Shown here: piece after piece, positions 1 to 6,866 of the stretch
Numbering within the stretch: the first letter of the stretch is position 1
Layout: each line of letters starts with the position of its first letter
DNA from: a bacterium
GTDB taxonomy: Bacteria > Hydrothermota > 32-111
Length of the DNA: 21,946 nucleotides
Direction: 5' to 3'
NCBI GenBank assembly: GCA_046484245.1
Contig: JAWOBN010000025.1
Span: 1 to 21,946 of the forward strand
The notes under the pieces: model-generated
Databases searched by the model: none
What the model was told of the DNA's origin: nothing
What the model saw: the letters and a program-made list of their open reading frames with translations, nothing else
Translations under genes and position numbers: made by a program

Positions 1-1642
1 AAACAGTATCCGGAGAGACAATTGAATCAATGTGCAGGTTCAGTTCATTTGAATCCTCCGGGAAGGGAACTGTCCTTGAATAGGCAGTGTAATAAGCCCA
101 GCCGTAAACATTGCTGTCAGCAAGGAATAACCGAGCCCAGTTGCCTGAGGAAGAATCCACTGCAAAGCACTGTCCTCTTGATGCCTGAGTGACAACAGCA
201 GAATCTGTTGTAGGGCCCGAGCGTATATTGAGCAGTGAAGCAGTGATCCTTATCAGGGAGTCATCGGGCAATCCTTCACTGTACTTTGAAGAATGGCCAT
301 TGCCTCCGTATATCCACCCGTAGCAGGGACCGGATCCTGAAGGGTAGTATATCTTGTACCAGTTGCCGTCTGCAATAAACACAGGATAGATTTCATCCTC
401 ATGCACTACAGAGAGTATGTCGTATTCAGTTCCGGGCCCCTTCCTTACATTGAGTCCGGGTGTATTGACCCTCACAATGAAATGACTCTCAGGCGGCTCA
501 TACCAGAAGGCACTTTCTATCTCATTCCATACATCACTTTCACCATCATCATAGCCCAGTGCCCAGCATCCTGCCCCCTGAAGCATACTGTCTGCAGCAA
601 TGGACAATTTGCCCCCTATACTCAGCGAATCATCGTACCAGCATTGATGCCACTCAGCTGAATAATAGTCATAAAAGGGCGTATAACTGTCAGTGTCCCA
701 CTCCCTGGTGTATGTCTGAGCATTACTCTTTGCATGTCTGTATATCACAGCACTGCCGCTGCCTGTTGTCTGTGAATTTTTTGTGTCATCAACAGTTGGC
801 CAGTCATAGCCGTAATACGGTATGCCGAGAATGATTTTATCCCTCTCAACACCTGCATCAATATAATCCCCAACAGTTGTGTTGACTGCATAGTATCCCC
901 AGAAACTGCTGTTTACAGTCGGTGCAACAGGACCTGCATTGCCTGAACCACTGTAATGATAATCATAAGCCATAATGAAAAGCCCGTCAGCAAGTAGTCC
1001 CAGATTAGAGTAATCATAGCCGGGATACCATGAAACAACTGCAGGCATTGCAATGGAGAGTTCCTTTCTGCCTTCATCGTGATAATGCAGATAGTCCTCA
1101 AGTGAATCAATGAATAATGTGAATGAATCCCTCACACTCTCTGTGACAAATTCAAAATCTATGTTGATGCCGTCCAGGTCATATGTGCTTATAAGTGACG
1201 CAATACCGGAGACCCCGTTATTTCTTGCTGATGATGAATTGAGGAATGAGGCAACAGATGATGAGCCGAACAGTGTAATGGTCATGTGAATATCCACCCC
1301 GTATTTCCTGCAGTCACTGTAAATCCTGCTGAACCGGGATGCATTGGGCAGTGCACCGAGTGAACCGTCCGTACCCATCTCAATGGAGAAATAGGCAATA
1401 TCAGTAAGAAGCTCGTATCTGAAATTATCATAAGCCAATGTGTCAATCCAATAGGGGAGATAGCCGAAGTATGTACGGGCTGTGCCCTTGTCTGACACTG
1501 CCGCTTTTTCTCTTGTGAAAGGAACAGAAGTGTGATCAGCTGCAGGTCTGTTCAAATTGTCCTGTCTGTGATGAATGGAAGTGAATCCGCAGACAGTCAC
1601 AACAGTAAATGTTACTATGAGTAATTTAATCAATGTCTTCAT
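1..1642 (-). CDS. Secreted glycoside hydrolase family 18 protein with two SH3b domains; 3' end runs off the window
   Basis: Translated by hand; absent from the ORF track because there is no stop in the window. ATG at 1642, signal-like MKTLIKLLIVTFTVVTVCG, GH18 motifs FGYLPYW, DLDGINIDFE, FIMAYD, KIILGIPYYG, GAGCWALGYD. Two SH3b-type repeats follow (LNVRKGPGTEY...WYKI...GWI and LNIRSGPTTDS...WARL...GWA). Frame is open to the window edge. Confidence 0.9.
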   Translation of the reverse strand, partial: MKTLIKLLIVTFTVVTVCGFTSIHHRQDNLNRPAADHTSVPFTREKAAVSDKGTARTYFGYLPYWIDTLAYDNFRYELLTDIAYFSIEMGTDGSLGALPNASRFSRIYSDCRKYGVDIHMTITLFGSSSVASFLNSSSARNNGVSGIASLISTYDLDGINIDFEFVTESVRDSFTLFIDSLEDYLHYHDEGRKELSIAMPAVVSWYPGYDYSNLGLLADGLFIMAYDYHYSGSGNAGPVAPTVNSSFWGYYAVNTTVGDYIDAGVERDKIILGIPYYGYDWPTVDDTKNSQTTGSGSAVIYRHAKSNAQTYTREWDTDSYTPFYDYYSAEWHQCWYDDSLSIGGKLSIAADSMLQGAGCWALGYDDGESDVWNEIESAFWYEPPESHFIVRVNTPGLNVRKGPGTEYDILSVVHEDEIYPVFIADGNWYKIYYPSGSGPCYGWIYGGNGHSSKYSEGLPDDSLIRITASLLNIRSGPTTDSAVVTQASRGQCFAVDSSSGNWARLFLADSNVYGWAYYTAYSRTVPFPEDSNELNLHIDSIVSPDTV

Positions 1643-1883
1643 ATCTTATGTATCTGTACACAGTTACTGTGATTATTATTATCAGTGCACCTGCCAGTAT
1701 ATAATAATAAGCATTGTTATCCGTGTCATACTGTTCATGCATAGGCATCTGAGAATCCGGGCCATGCTCTTCATACTGGAGCTGGTGAATGGATTTGAAA
1801 TCATCTCTGCCGGAATTATCCTCAATACCACTGAGGCATATAACTGCAATAATGACAATGAAAACAGTAATTATGAATTTCAA
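1626..1883 (-). CDS. Small exported/membrane-anchored hypothetical protein (85 aa)
   Basis: TTG start preceded by GGGG. N-terminal hydrophobic signal, acidic middle, C-terminal TM helix (YYYILAGALIIIITVTVY). Overlaps the GH18 start by 17 nt and is co-oriented with its neighbours. Confidence 0.7.
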   Translation of the reverse strand: MKFIITVFIVIIAVICLSGIEDNSGRDDFKSIHQLQYEEHGPDSQMPMHEQYDTDNNAYYYILAGALIIIITVTVYRYIRYEDID

Positions 1884-1911
1884 TACTACCCCTGTTAATC
1901 CTTAATGCTCT

Positions 1912-2499
1912 TTATACAAAAATACCTTCCTTATTCAAGACCTTATATACTGATTTAAGCAGAATTATAATATCAAAATGAAATGAATTATTGTTTATAT
2001 ACTCAATGTCATATACGAATCGCTCTTCCCACTGTATATTGTTCCTGCCGTTTATCTGAGCAAGACCTGTAAGACCCGGCTTCACCCTGAACCGCTCTGA
2101 GTATTTATCCGGATAATCTTCATATCTGTACGGATAGTATGTAAGCGGGGGCCTGGGGCCTACAACACTCATATCACCCTTGATAACATTGAAGAGCTGA
2201 GGGAGCTCGTCCAGTGAATATCTCCTCAGTATATATCCCGGTCCGGTGATGCGGGTGTCCTTATCCTTGATGAATATGCCGTCACCCTTGTCAATAGCAT
2301 CCACTATCATTGTGCGGAATTTGAACAGATCAAAATGCCTGCCGTCTTTGCCGATACGCTTCTGAATAAAGAAAACAGGCCGCCCTTCTGTGATAAGCAG
2401 CAATAATGCAATAATCAGAATGAACGGCATTGCTGCCATAAGGAGAAGGACAGATGAAATAATATCAAAAATCCGCTTGAATACCTGTAAATCACTCAT
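1912..2499 (-). CDS. Priming sugar transferase (polyprenyl phosphoglycosyltransferase, PglC/EpsL-like)
   Basis: KRIFDI, FKFRTM, SLDELPQLFNVIKGDMSVVGPRP and VKPGLTGLAQINGR motifs. Confidence 0.93.
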   Translation of the reverse strand: MSDLQVFKRIFDIISSVLLLMAAMPFILIIALLLLITEGRPVFFIQKRIGKDGRHFDLFKFRTMIVDAIDKGDGIFIKDKDTRITGPGYILRRYSLDELPQLFNVIKGDMSVVGPRPPLTYYPYRYEDYPDKYSERFRVKPGLTGLAQINGRNNIQWEERFVYDIEYINNNSFHFDIIILLKSVYKVLNKEGIFV

Positions 2500-2505
2500 A
2501 ATGCG

Positions 2506-2533
2506 ATTTTATCAAAACCCCGAAAAAATGCAA
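2506..2533 (-). promoter_or_regulatory. Sigma70-type promoter for the sugar transferase, probably leaderless
   Basis: Minus strand TTGCAT (2533-2528), 16 bp ending TGA, TAAAAT (2511-2506), 6 nt, ATG 2499. No SD sequence. Confidence 0.6.
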
Positions 2534-2544
2534 GTGTTAAATTC

Positions 2545-2583
2545 TCCAAATCCCAAGGACGTATGTTGAAATTGTCGACATTT
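2545..2583. repeat. Left arm of 39-bp inverted repeat flanking the RAYT-like gene
   Basis: tccaaatcccaaggacgtatgttgaaattgtcgacattt matches the reverse complement of 3416-3454 at 38/39 positions (mismatch 2550/3449). Confidence 0.97.
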
Positions 2584-2593
2584 TCTGTATAAT
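2566..2593 (+). promoter_or_regulatory. Sigma70-type promoter of the RAYT-like gene; -35 lies inside the IR and a palindrome fills the spacer; probably leaderless
   Basis: TTGAAA (2566-2571), 16 bp, TATAAT (2588-2593), 6 nt, ATG 2600. The near-palindrome GAAATTGTCGACATTTTC spans the -35/spacer. Confidence 0.7.
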
Positions 2594-2599
2594 ATTGTT

Positions 2600-3415
2600 A
2601 TGGATTGGGCACGTATAGATAAAAAGGGTTATTATTACCTAATACATGTAAGAGGGCAGAGGAATAATCCTCTTTTCTTCAATTATGATGATATGGGCGC
2701 TTTTATCAATATGCTCAAGCAAGTCATTGATGAAACAGATATGAAATTAATAGCCTATAGTCTTCTGCGGACAGAATACTATTTGCTTGTTTACCGGAAT
2801 AATACTACATTAGCACAATTTATGTTGAAACTTGAAACCAAATACTCAATGTATTTCAATGAAAAGTATGAAACAGTCGGTTATGTTCACCAAGGAAGAT
2901 ATGAAAATTACATTATACTCAATGAATCAAATGATATGCCCAGGGTAATAAACAGTATACATTATCTGCCTGAAGAATCAGGTATAACAGAAGATTACAA
3001 GACATACCCTTTCAGCAGTATAGGATTCTACAGTGGCAGGAAGGCTTATATTGAATCAATGCAGAAATATGATTTTGATAATGATATAACAGATAGAGAT
3101 TATGAAACATATAGGAATTGCATTGGTTCAAAAGAGGAGTATGTGAGATTATTAAAAAGGCAACCGGGCAGGGAAATGGGTAAATTCAATGAAAGAAGGC
3201 GGGATGAATTGGCGAAATCTCTGAAAATTTTGATGAAAGAGAGGAATCTGCCTGCTGATATATTTTCCCTTAATAGACACAGAACAGGGAGAGAAAAGAA
3301 ACTGATTCGTGAAATTATAAGTGAAATGAATAAAAACGGATACTCCCAGTCAGAGATATCCCGGTATCTGGGTATGCATAGATCTACTATAAATAAAATT
3401 ATAAAGCGGAAGTAG
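2600..3415 (+). CDS. REP-associated tyrosine transposase (RAYT/Y1_Tnp)-like protein with C-terminal HTH; catalytic residues substituted
   Basis: Family scaffold is recognisable: RG..NPLF, IAYSLL...LLV, YSMYFN..Y..VGY.HQGRY, IH..P..SG....Y.FSS. The HUH position reads E59-Y60-Y61 and the RYIHxNP position reads NSIHYLP. C-terminal HTH GYSQSEISRYLGMHRSTINKII. Confidence 0.85.
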   Translation: MDWARIDKKGYYYLIHVRGQRNNPLFFNYDDMGAFINMLKQVIDETDMKLIAYSLLRTEYYLLVYRNNTTLAQFMLKLETKYSMYFNEKYETVGYVHQGRYENYIILNESNDMPRVINSIHYLPEESGITEDYKTYPFSSIGFYSGRKAYIESMQKYDFDNDITDRDYETYRNCIGSKEEYVRLLKRQPGREMGKFNERRRDELAKSLKILMKERNLPADIFSLNRHRTGREKKLIREIISEMNKNGYSQSEISRYLGMHRSTINKIIKRK

Positions 3416-3454
3416 AAATGTCGACAATTTCAACATACGTCCTTGGGAATTGGA
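3416..3454. repeat. Right arm of 39-bp inverted repeat
   Basis: aaatgtcgacaatttcaacatacgtccttgggaattgga starts at the base immediately after the TAG stop. Confidence 0.97.
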
Positions 3455-3468
3455 CAGAGAAAAATGGA

Positions 3469-3496
3469 TTGAAAAAATTGCAGGTCTGTTTATAAT
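3469..3496 (+). promoter_or_regulatory. Sigma70-type promoter for CYTH-neuB, probably leaderless
   Basis: TTGAAA (3469-3474), 16 bp, TATAAT (3491-3496), 6 nt, ATG 3503. No SD sequence. Confidence 0.65.
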
Positions 3497-3502
3497 AGTG
3501 TA

Positions 3503-4060
3503 ATGGGTAAAGAGAAAGAAAGACGGTTCATTGTATTGAATATCCCGGATATGCCTCGAACAGATAACAGTCTGATTGAACAGATATACATAGAGTGCAG
3601 CTTGAAAGGCAATGTTCTCAATATCAGGGGCGAAACTGTACATGCACCTTCTCATTTCCGTCTTCTCAATGATACTGTCCGATTGAGAATGATAGATAAA
3701 AGCCGCATAGAGATAAATTCAAAGAGCGGGGAAGGCTTTGAGAGAGAGGAATATGAATTCACATGCAGGTCCCCGGCACTGGCCTGCATTATTGAAGATG
3801 ATGAAAGAAGGCTTATCAAGAGGAGATACTTCTTATCCGGCAGTACTGTGCTGGACAATTTCACAAACAGATACAATGGTTTATATGTACTGGAGATAGA
3901 GTTCAATGATGAAAATAAACCGCCTGTACCTGACTGGGCAGGTCCGGAGATAACAGATGACAGGACACTGTCCAATTACAATATGTATGTGTCGGACAGT
4001 AATGAGATATGGAAGCATATCAGGGGGTTGACTGATGATAATACAGATACACAGGCATAA
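3503..4060 (+). CDS. CYTH domain (triphosphate tunnel metalloenzyme) protein
   Basis: N-terminal EKERRF (ExExK/R), VRLR, KSGEGFEREEYE, IKRRY, GLYVLEIEF, PDWAGPEITDD..SN. Confidence 0.85.
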   Translation: MGKEKERRFIVLNIPDMPRTDNSLIEQIYIECSLKGNVLNIRGETVHAPSHFRLLNDTVRLRMIDKSRIEINSKSGEGFEREEYEFTCRSPALACIIEDDERRLIKRRYFLSGSTVLDNFTNRYNGLYVLEIEFNDENKPPVPDWAGPEITDDRTLSNYNMYVSDSNEIWKHIRGLTDDNTDTQA

Positions 4061-5042
4061 GATTACACAGGAGAACCCGTTTATTATTGCTGAGGCGGGT
4101 ATTAATCATAATGGAGACATGGATACAGCCAGAGCACTTATTGACAGTGCCGGGGAGGCGGGAGCCCACTGTATAAAATTCCAGACATACAAGACCTCCA
4201 ATCTGCTGATAAAGAACAAGAAGACACAAGAACTCTTTGAAGAACTGCAGTCCTATGAGCTTTCCTATGATAATTTCAGGGAATTAAAGGATTATGCAGT
4301 GAAGAGGAATATTATATTCATGTCCACGCCTGATGACAGAGAATCACTGGAATTCCTTGTAAGCATCAATGTCCCTGCATTGAAGATAGGGTCAGGTGAG
4401 ATTGACAATTATCATTTTCTCAAGAGAGCAGCTGATTACCCAAAGCCCATTATTGTCTCCACAGGCACTGCAAGCAAGAAGGAGATAGAGAAGACATACA
4501 AGATTGTCAGGAGACGCAATAAAAAACTCATACTGATGCACTGTGTATCATCATATCCGGCGTCAATTGAAGACCTCAATCTCAATTTTATCAGTGTGAT
4601 GAAGAAGAGATACAATATCCCCGTGGGTTTTTCCGACCACTCCATGTCACTGCTGGCACCTGCTGTCGGGGTTGCAAAGGGTGCATCTGTCATTGAAAAA
4701 CATTTCACACTGGATAATTCCATGAAGGGACCGGATCACAGCATGTCCCTCAATCCCTCTCAATTCAGGGATATGGTTGATAATATACAGGACGCGGTAA
4801 AGATGCTCGGCAATAGCGACAAAGTCATTGCATCTTCCGAAAAAAGGATCATCAAGGGAATAAGGAAATCCATATATACAACCAGGCCCATAGAGAAGGG
4901 TGAAAAAATAACAAGTGACAATACCGTGCTGCTGAGACCTGCTATTTCACTTGCAGCATCAACATATGAACATTTCCTCGGTAAGAGAGTCAGGAGAAAA
5001 AAGAATGCGTACAAGCCGCTCCGTTCAAGTGATGTTGAATAA
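4035..5042 (+). CDS. neuB: N-acetylneuraminate synthase family protein (NeuB/SpsE/LegI-like) with C-terminal SAF domain
   Basis: IIAEAGINHNGD, IKFQTY, KIGSGE, MHCVSSYPA, GFSDHS, IEKHFTLD, GPDH motifs and a C-terminal SAF-like RKSIY...KGEKIT...RP. The exact nonulosonate product cannot be determined. Confidence 0.9.
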   Translation: MIIQIHRHKITQENPFIIAEAGINHNGDMDTARALIDSAGEAGAHCIKFQTYKTSNLLIKNKKTQELFEELQSYELSYDNFRELKDYAVKRNIIFMSTPDDRESLEFLVSINVPALKIGSGEIDNYHFLKRAADYPKPIIVSTGTASKKEIEKTYKIVRRRNKKLILMHCVSSYPASIEDLNLNFISVMKKRYNIPVGFSDHSMSLLAPAVGVAKGASVIEKHFTLDNSMKGPDHSMSLNPSQFRDMVDNIQDAVKMLGNSDKVIASSEKRIIKGIRKSIYTTRPIEKGEKITSDNTVLLRPAISLAASTYEHFLGKRVRRKKNAYKPLRSSDVE

Positions 5043-5043
5043 T

Positions 5044-6042
5044 CTACAATGCATCAATATAGGAAAGGACGAGATCCCGCGTATTCTCCAGTCCCTCAAT
5101 ATGGGTTCTCTCAACACCGTGTGAAGCAGATACACCGGGGCCTATCAGTCCGACTCTCAGATTATATCCTGCCATCAGTGCAGCAGAACCGTCTGAACCG
5201 TAATAGGGGAATACATCCCTCTTGTAGTCCAGTTTATTCTCCCCGGCGAGTTTTGTCAGTTTATTGGTGATATTGTAATCATACGGTCCCGAACTGTCCT
5301 TGGCGCATATTGATACTGAGTGCTCCTTGCCTTCAACATTGCTTCCCACAACACCCATGTCAATAACAATCATCTCCTTGACTGTATCGGGTATGCCTGC
5401 TCTTGCACCGTGCCCCACCTCTTCAAAATTTGAGAAGAAGAATCCAACAGGTTTGCCTGCAATTGCTGAACTGTGATTGAGTATAATGTCAATCAATACA
5501 GCTGCACCTGCCTTGTCATCCATGAATCTTGACTTGATAAATCCAGACTGTGTATATTCAAAGCGGGGGTCAAAGAATATGAAATCCCCGATGTCAATAC
5601 CCGCTTTTCTTGTATCAGATGCAGACGAGGTCTTCAGGTCAATGCGTATATGCATCTTATCCATCTTTCTGACTGTTGAACTGACCTCTCTGTTCACATG
5701 AGCAGCCGGATTATTGAGGAGGAATGTTCCGCGGTGTTTCTCATTGCCTGATGTAAGCACTGTACAGTATTCACCTTCAAATGAATTGACAGGCCATCCG
5801 CCTATCTGCGTGGCTCTGAGTGTCCCGTCATCATTGATCCCTGACACCATAGCTCCCAGTGTGTCAATATGGGCAGTGAACACACACTCCGGTTCTTTCA
5901 CACTGCTGACAAAGAGGGCTCCCTTATTGGTCTTTTCTTTGATAATGTCTTCAGGCAGCATAGACATTATATGCTCAACAATATTTTCCGTGTAGCCGGA
6001 CGGTGAGTCAATGTCAATAATTTCCTTCAGTATCTCTATCAT
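5044..6042 (-). CDS. M42 family metallopeptidase
   Basis: SPSGYT, AHIDTLG, SRFMDDKAG, FEEVGHG, IDMG, YGSDG, SHGVER. Start moved to ATG 6042 behind AAAGGAG. Confidence 0.92.
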   Translation of the reverse strand: MIEILKEIIDIDSPSGYTENIVEHIMSMLPEDIIKEKTNKGALFVSSVKEPECVFTAHIDTLGAMVSGINDDGTLRATQIGGWPVNSFEGEYCTVLTSGNEKHRGTFLLNNPAAHVNREVSSTVRKMDKMHIRIDLKTSSASDTRKAGIDIGDFIFFDPRFEYTQSGFIKSRFMDDKAGAAVLIDIILNHSSAIAGKPVGFFFSNFEEVGHGARAGIPDTVKEMIVIDMGVVGSNVEGKEHSVSICAKDSSGPYDYNITNKLTKLAGENKLDYKRDVFPYYGSDGSAALMAGYNLRVGLIGPGVSASHGVERTHIEGLENTRDLVLSYIDAL

Positions 6043-6061
6043 CCTTAACTCCTTTTTAAAT

Positions 6062-6089
6062 ATAATAGAAACAATCAATATAATGTCAA
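6062..6089 (-). promoter_or_regulatory. Sigma70-type promoter for the M42 peptidase
   Basis: Minus strand TTGACA (6089-6084), 16 bp, TATTAT (6067-6062). Confidence 0.65.
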
Positions 6090-6123
6090 CACATAATCAT
6101 CAAATTGAAATGAGAAATTCATG

Positions 6124-6151
6124 TTGACAGATATTGCTTAATCAGTAATAT
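6124..6151 (+). promoter_or_regulatory. Sigma70-type promoter for the rseC-rnf operon, probably leaderless
   Basis: TTGACA (6124-6129), 16 bp, TAATAT (6146-6151), 7 nt, ATG 6159. Confidence 0.6.
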
Positions 6152-6158
6152 GATTGCT

Positions 6159-6572
6159 ATGTCAAGTGTAATAGGCAAAGTAATAAATATTGATGGTTTA
6201 AGGATAACCGTGGAGATAGATATGGAGGCATGCAGCAGGTGTCAGCATGAGGGGCATTGCCGTATTGCTGATACTGCAGACAAACAGACAGTTACAGCCT
6301 ACAATTATGAAGAACTGGAAATGAAACCCGGGGACAGTGTTGAGATAGCGTCATCACCCTCAAGGATTGTCCTGCTCAGTATGCTGCTCTATTTTTTCCC
6401 TGTTCTGCTTCTCATTACAGGCGCTGCAGCAGGGTACTGGATAAGCGGCAGTGAACTTTATTCCGCACTTACGGGTATTGCCGGAGGCATTGCAGCATTC
6501 ACTGTTATCTATGCCATTGACAGAAAATACGGTCAAAACTTCAAACATAAAATCACGAGGGTAATAAAATGA
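6159..6572 (+). CDS. rseC: RseC/MucC family protein
   Basis: ACSRC...HC cysteine motif, KPGDSVEI, LLYFFP and two TM helices; first gene of the rnf operon. Start 6159 is preferred over 6150 because 6150 overlaps the -10 box. Confidence 0.85.
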   Translation: MSSVIGKVINIDGLRITVEIDMEACSRCQHEGHCRIADTADKQTVTAYNYEELEMKPGDSVEIASSPSRIVLLSMLLYFFPVLLLITGAAAGYWISGSELYSALTGIAGGIAAFTVIYAIDRKYGQNFKHKITRVIK

Positions 6573-6865
6573 TAAGAGAAATTCTAATGGCTGTTGCAGT
6601 CCTCGGTTCACTGGCATTACTCCTGGGTATTCTCATCTCAATCATACTGAAGTTCTTTGAAATAAAGAAGGACCCGGTTGTTGAGATGATAGAGGATGTG
6701 CTGCCCGGAGCCAATTGCGGGGCATGCGGTTATCCCGGCTGTCAGCAATTTGCCGAGGAGTATGTAAAGAGAGGCGGAGACCCCTCTCTGGTATGCCCTG
6801 TCGGCAAGCAGGAGGTGAGTGACAAAATGAAGGAAATCATGGAATCAAACAGGAGTGAGGATTGA
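6569..6865 (+). CDS. rnfB: Rnf complex subunit B, short form (membrane anchor plus single FeS domain)
   Basis: N-terminal TM helix, LPGANCGACGYPGC..FA...CPVG. No ferredoxin CxxCxxCxxxCP motifs. Confidence 0.85.
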   Translation: MIREILMAVAVLGSLALLLGILISIILKFFEIKKDPVVEMIEDVLPGANCGACGYPGCQQFAEEYVKRGGDPSLVCPVGKQEVSDKMKEIMESNRSED

Positions 6866-6866
6866 T

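Larger units (their letters stand above)
2545..3454. mobile_element. Inverted-repeat-bounded RAYT-like cassette (candidate invertible or domesticated element)
   Basis: 39-bp IRs enclose a promoter and a single Y1-transposase-like ORF. The ORF is visibly more AT-rich than flanking genes. No target-site duplication seen. Confidence 0.65.

Noticed and set aside
401..1898. Short ORFs 401-661, 559-834, 913-1110 and 1575-1898
   Set aside because: They are shadow frames of the GH18 and small-protein genes. The same applies to the other short antisense or alternate-frame ORFs inside rnf, the oxidoreductase, patatin and hutU.
2561..2572. TATGTTGAAAT resembling the XerD arm of a dif site
   Set aside because: It needs an insertion to match and has no XerC arm at the 6-bp spacing.
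2530..3470. Classical IS with target-site duplication
   Set aside because: Sequences immediately outside the IRs (aaattc / cagaga) are not direct repeats, and the protein is not a DDE transposase.
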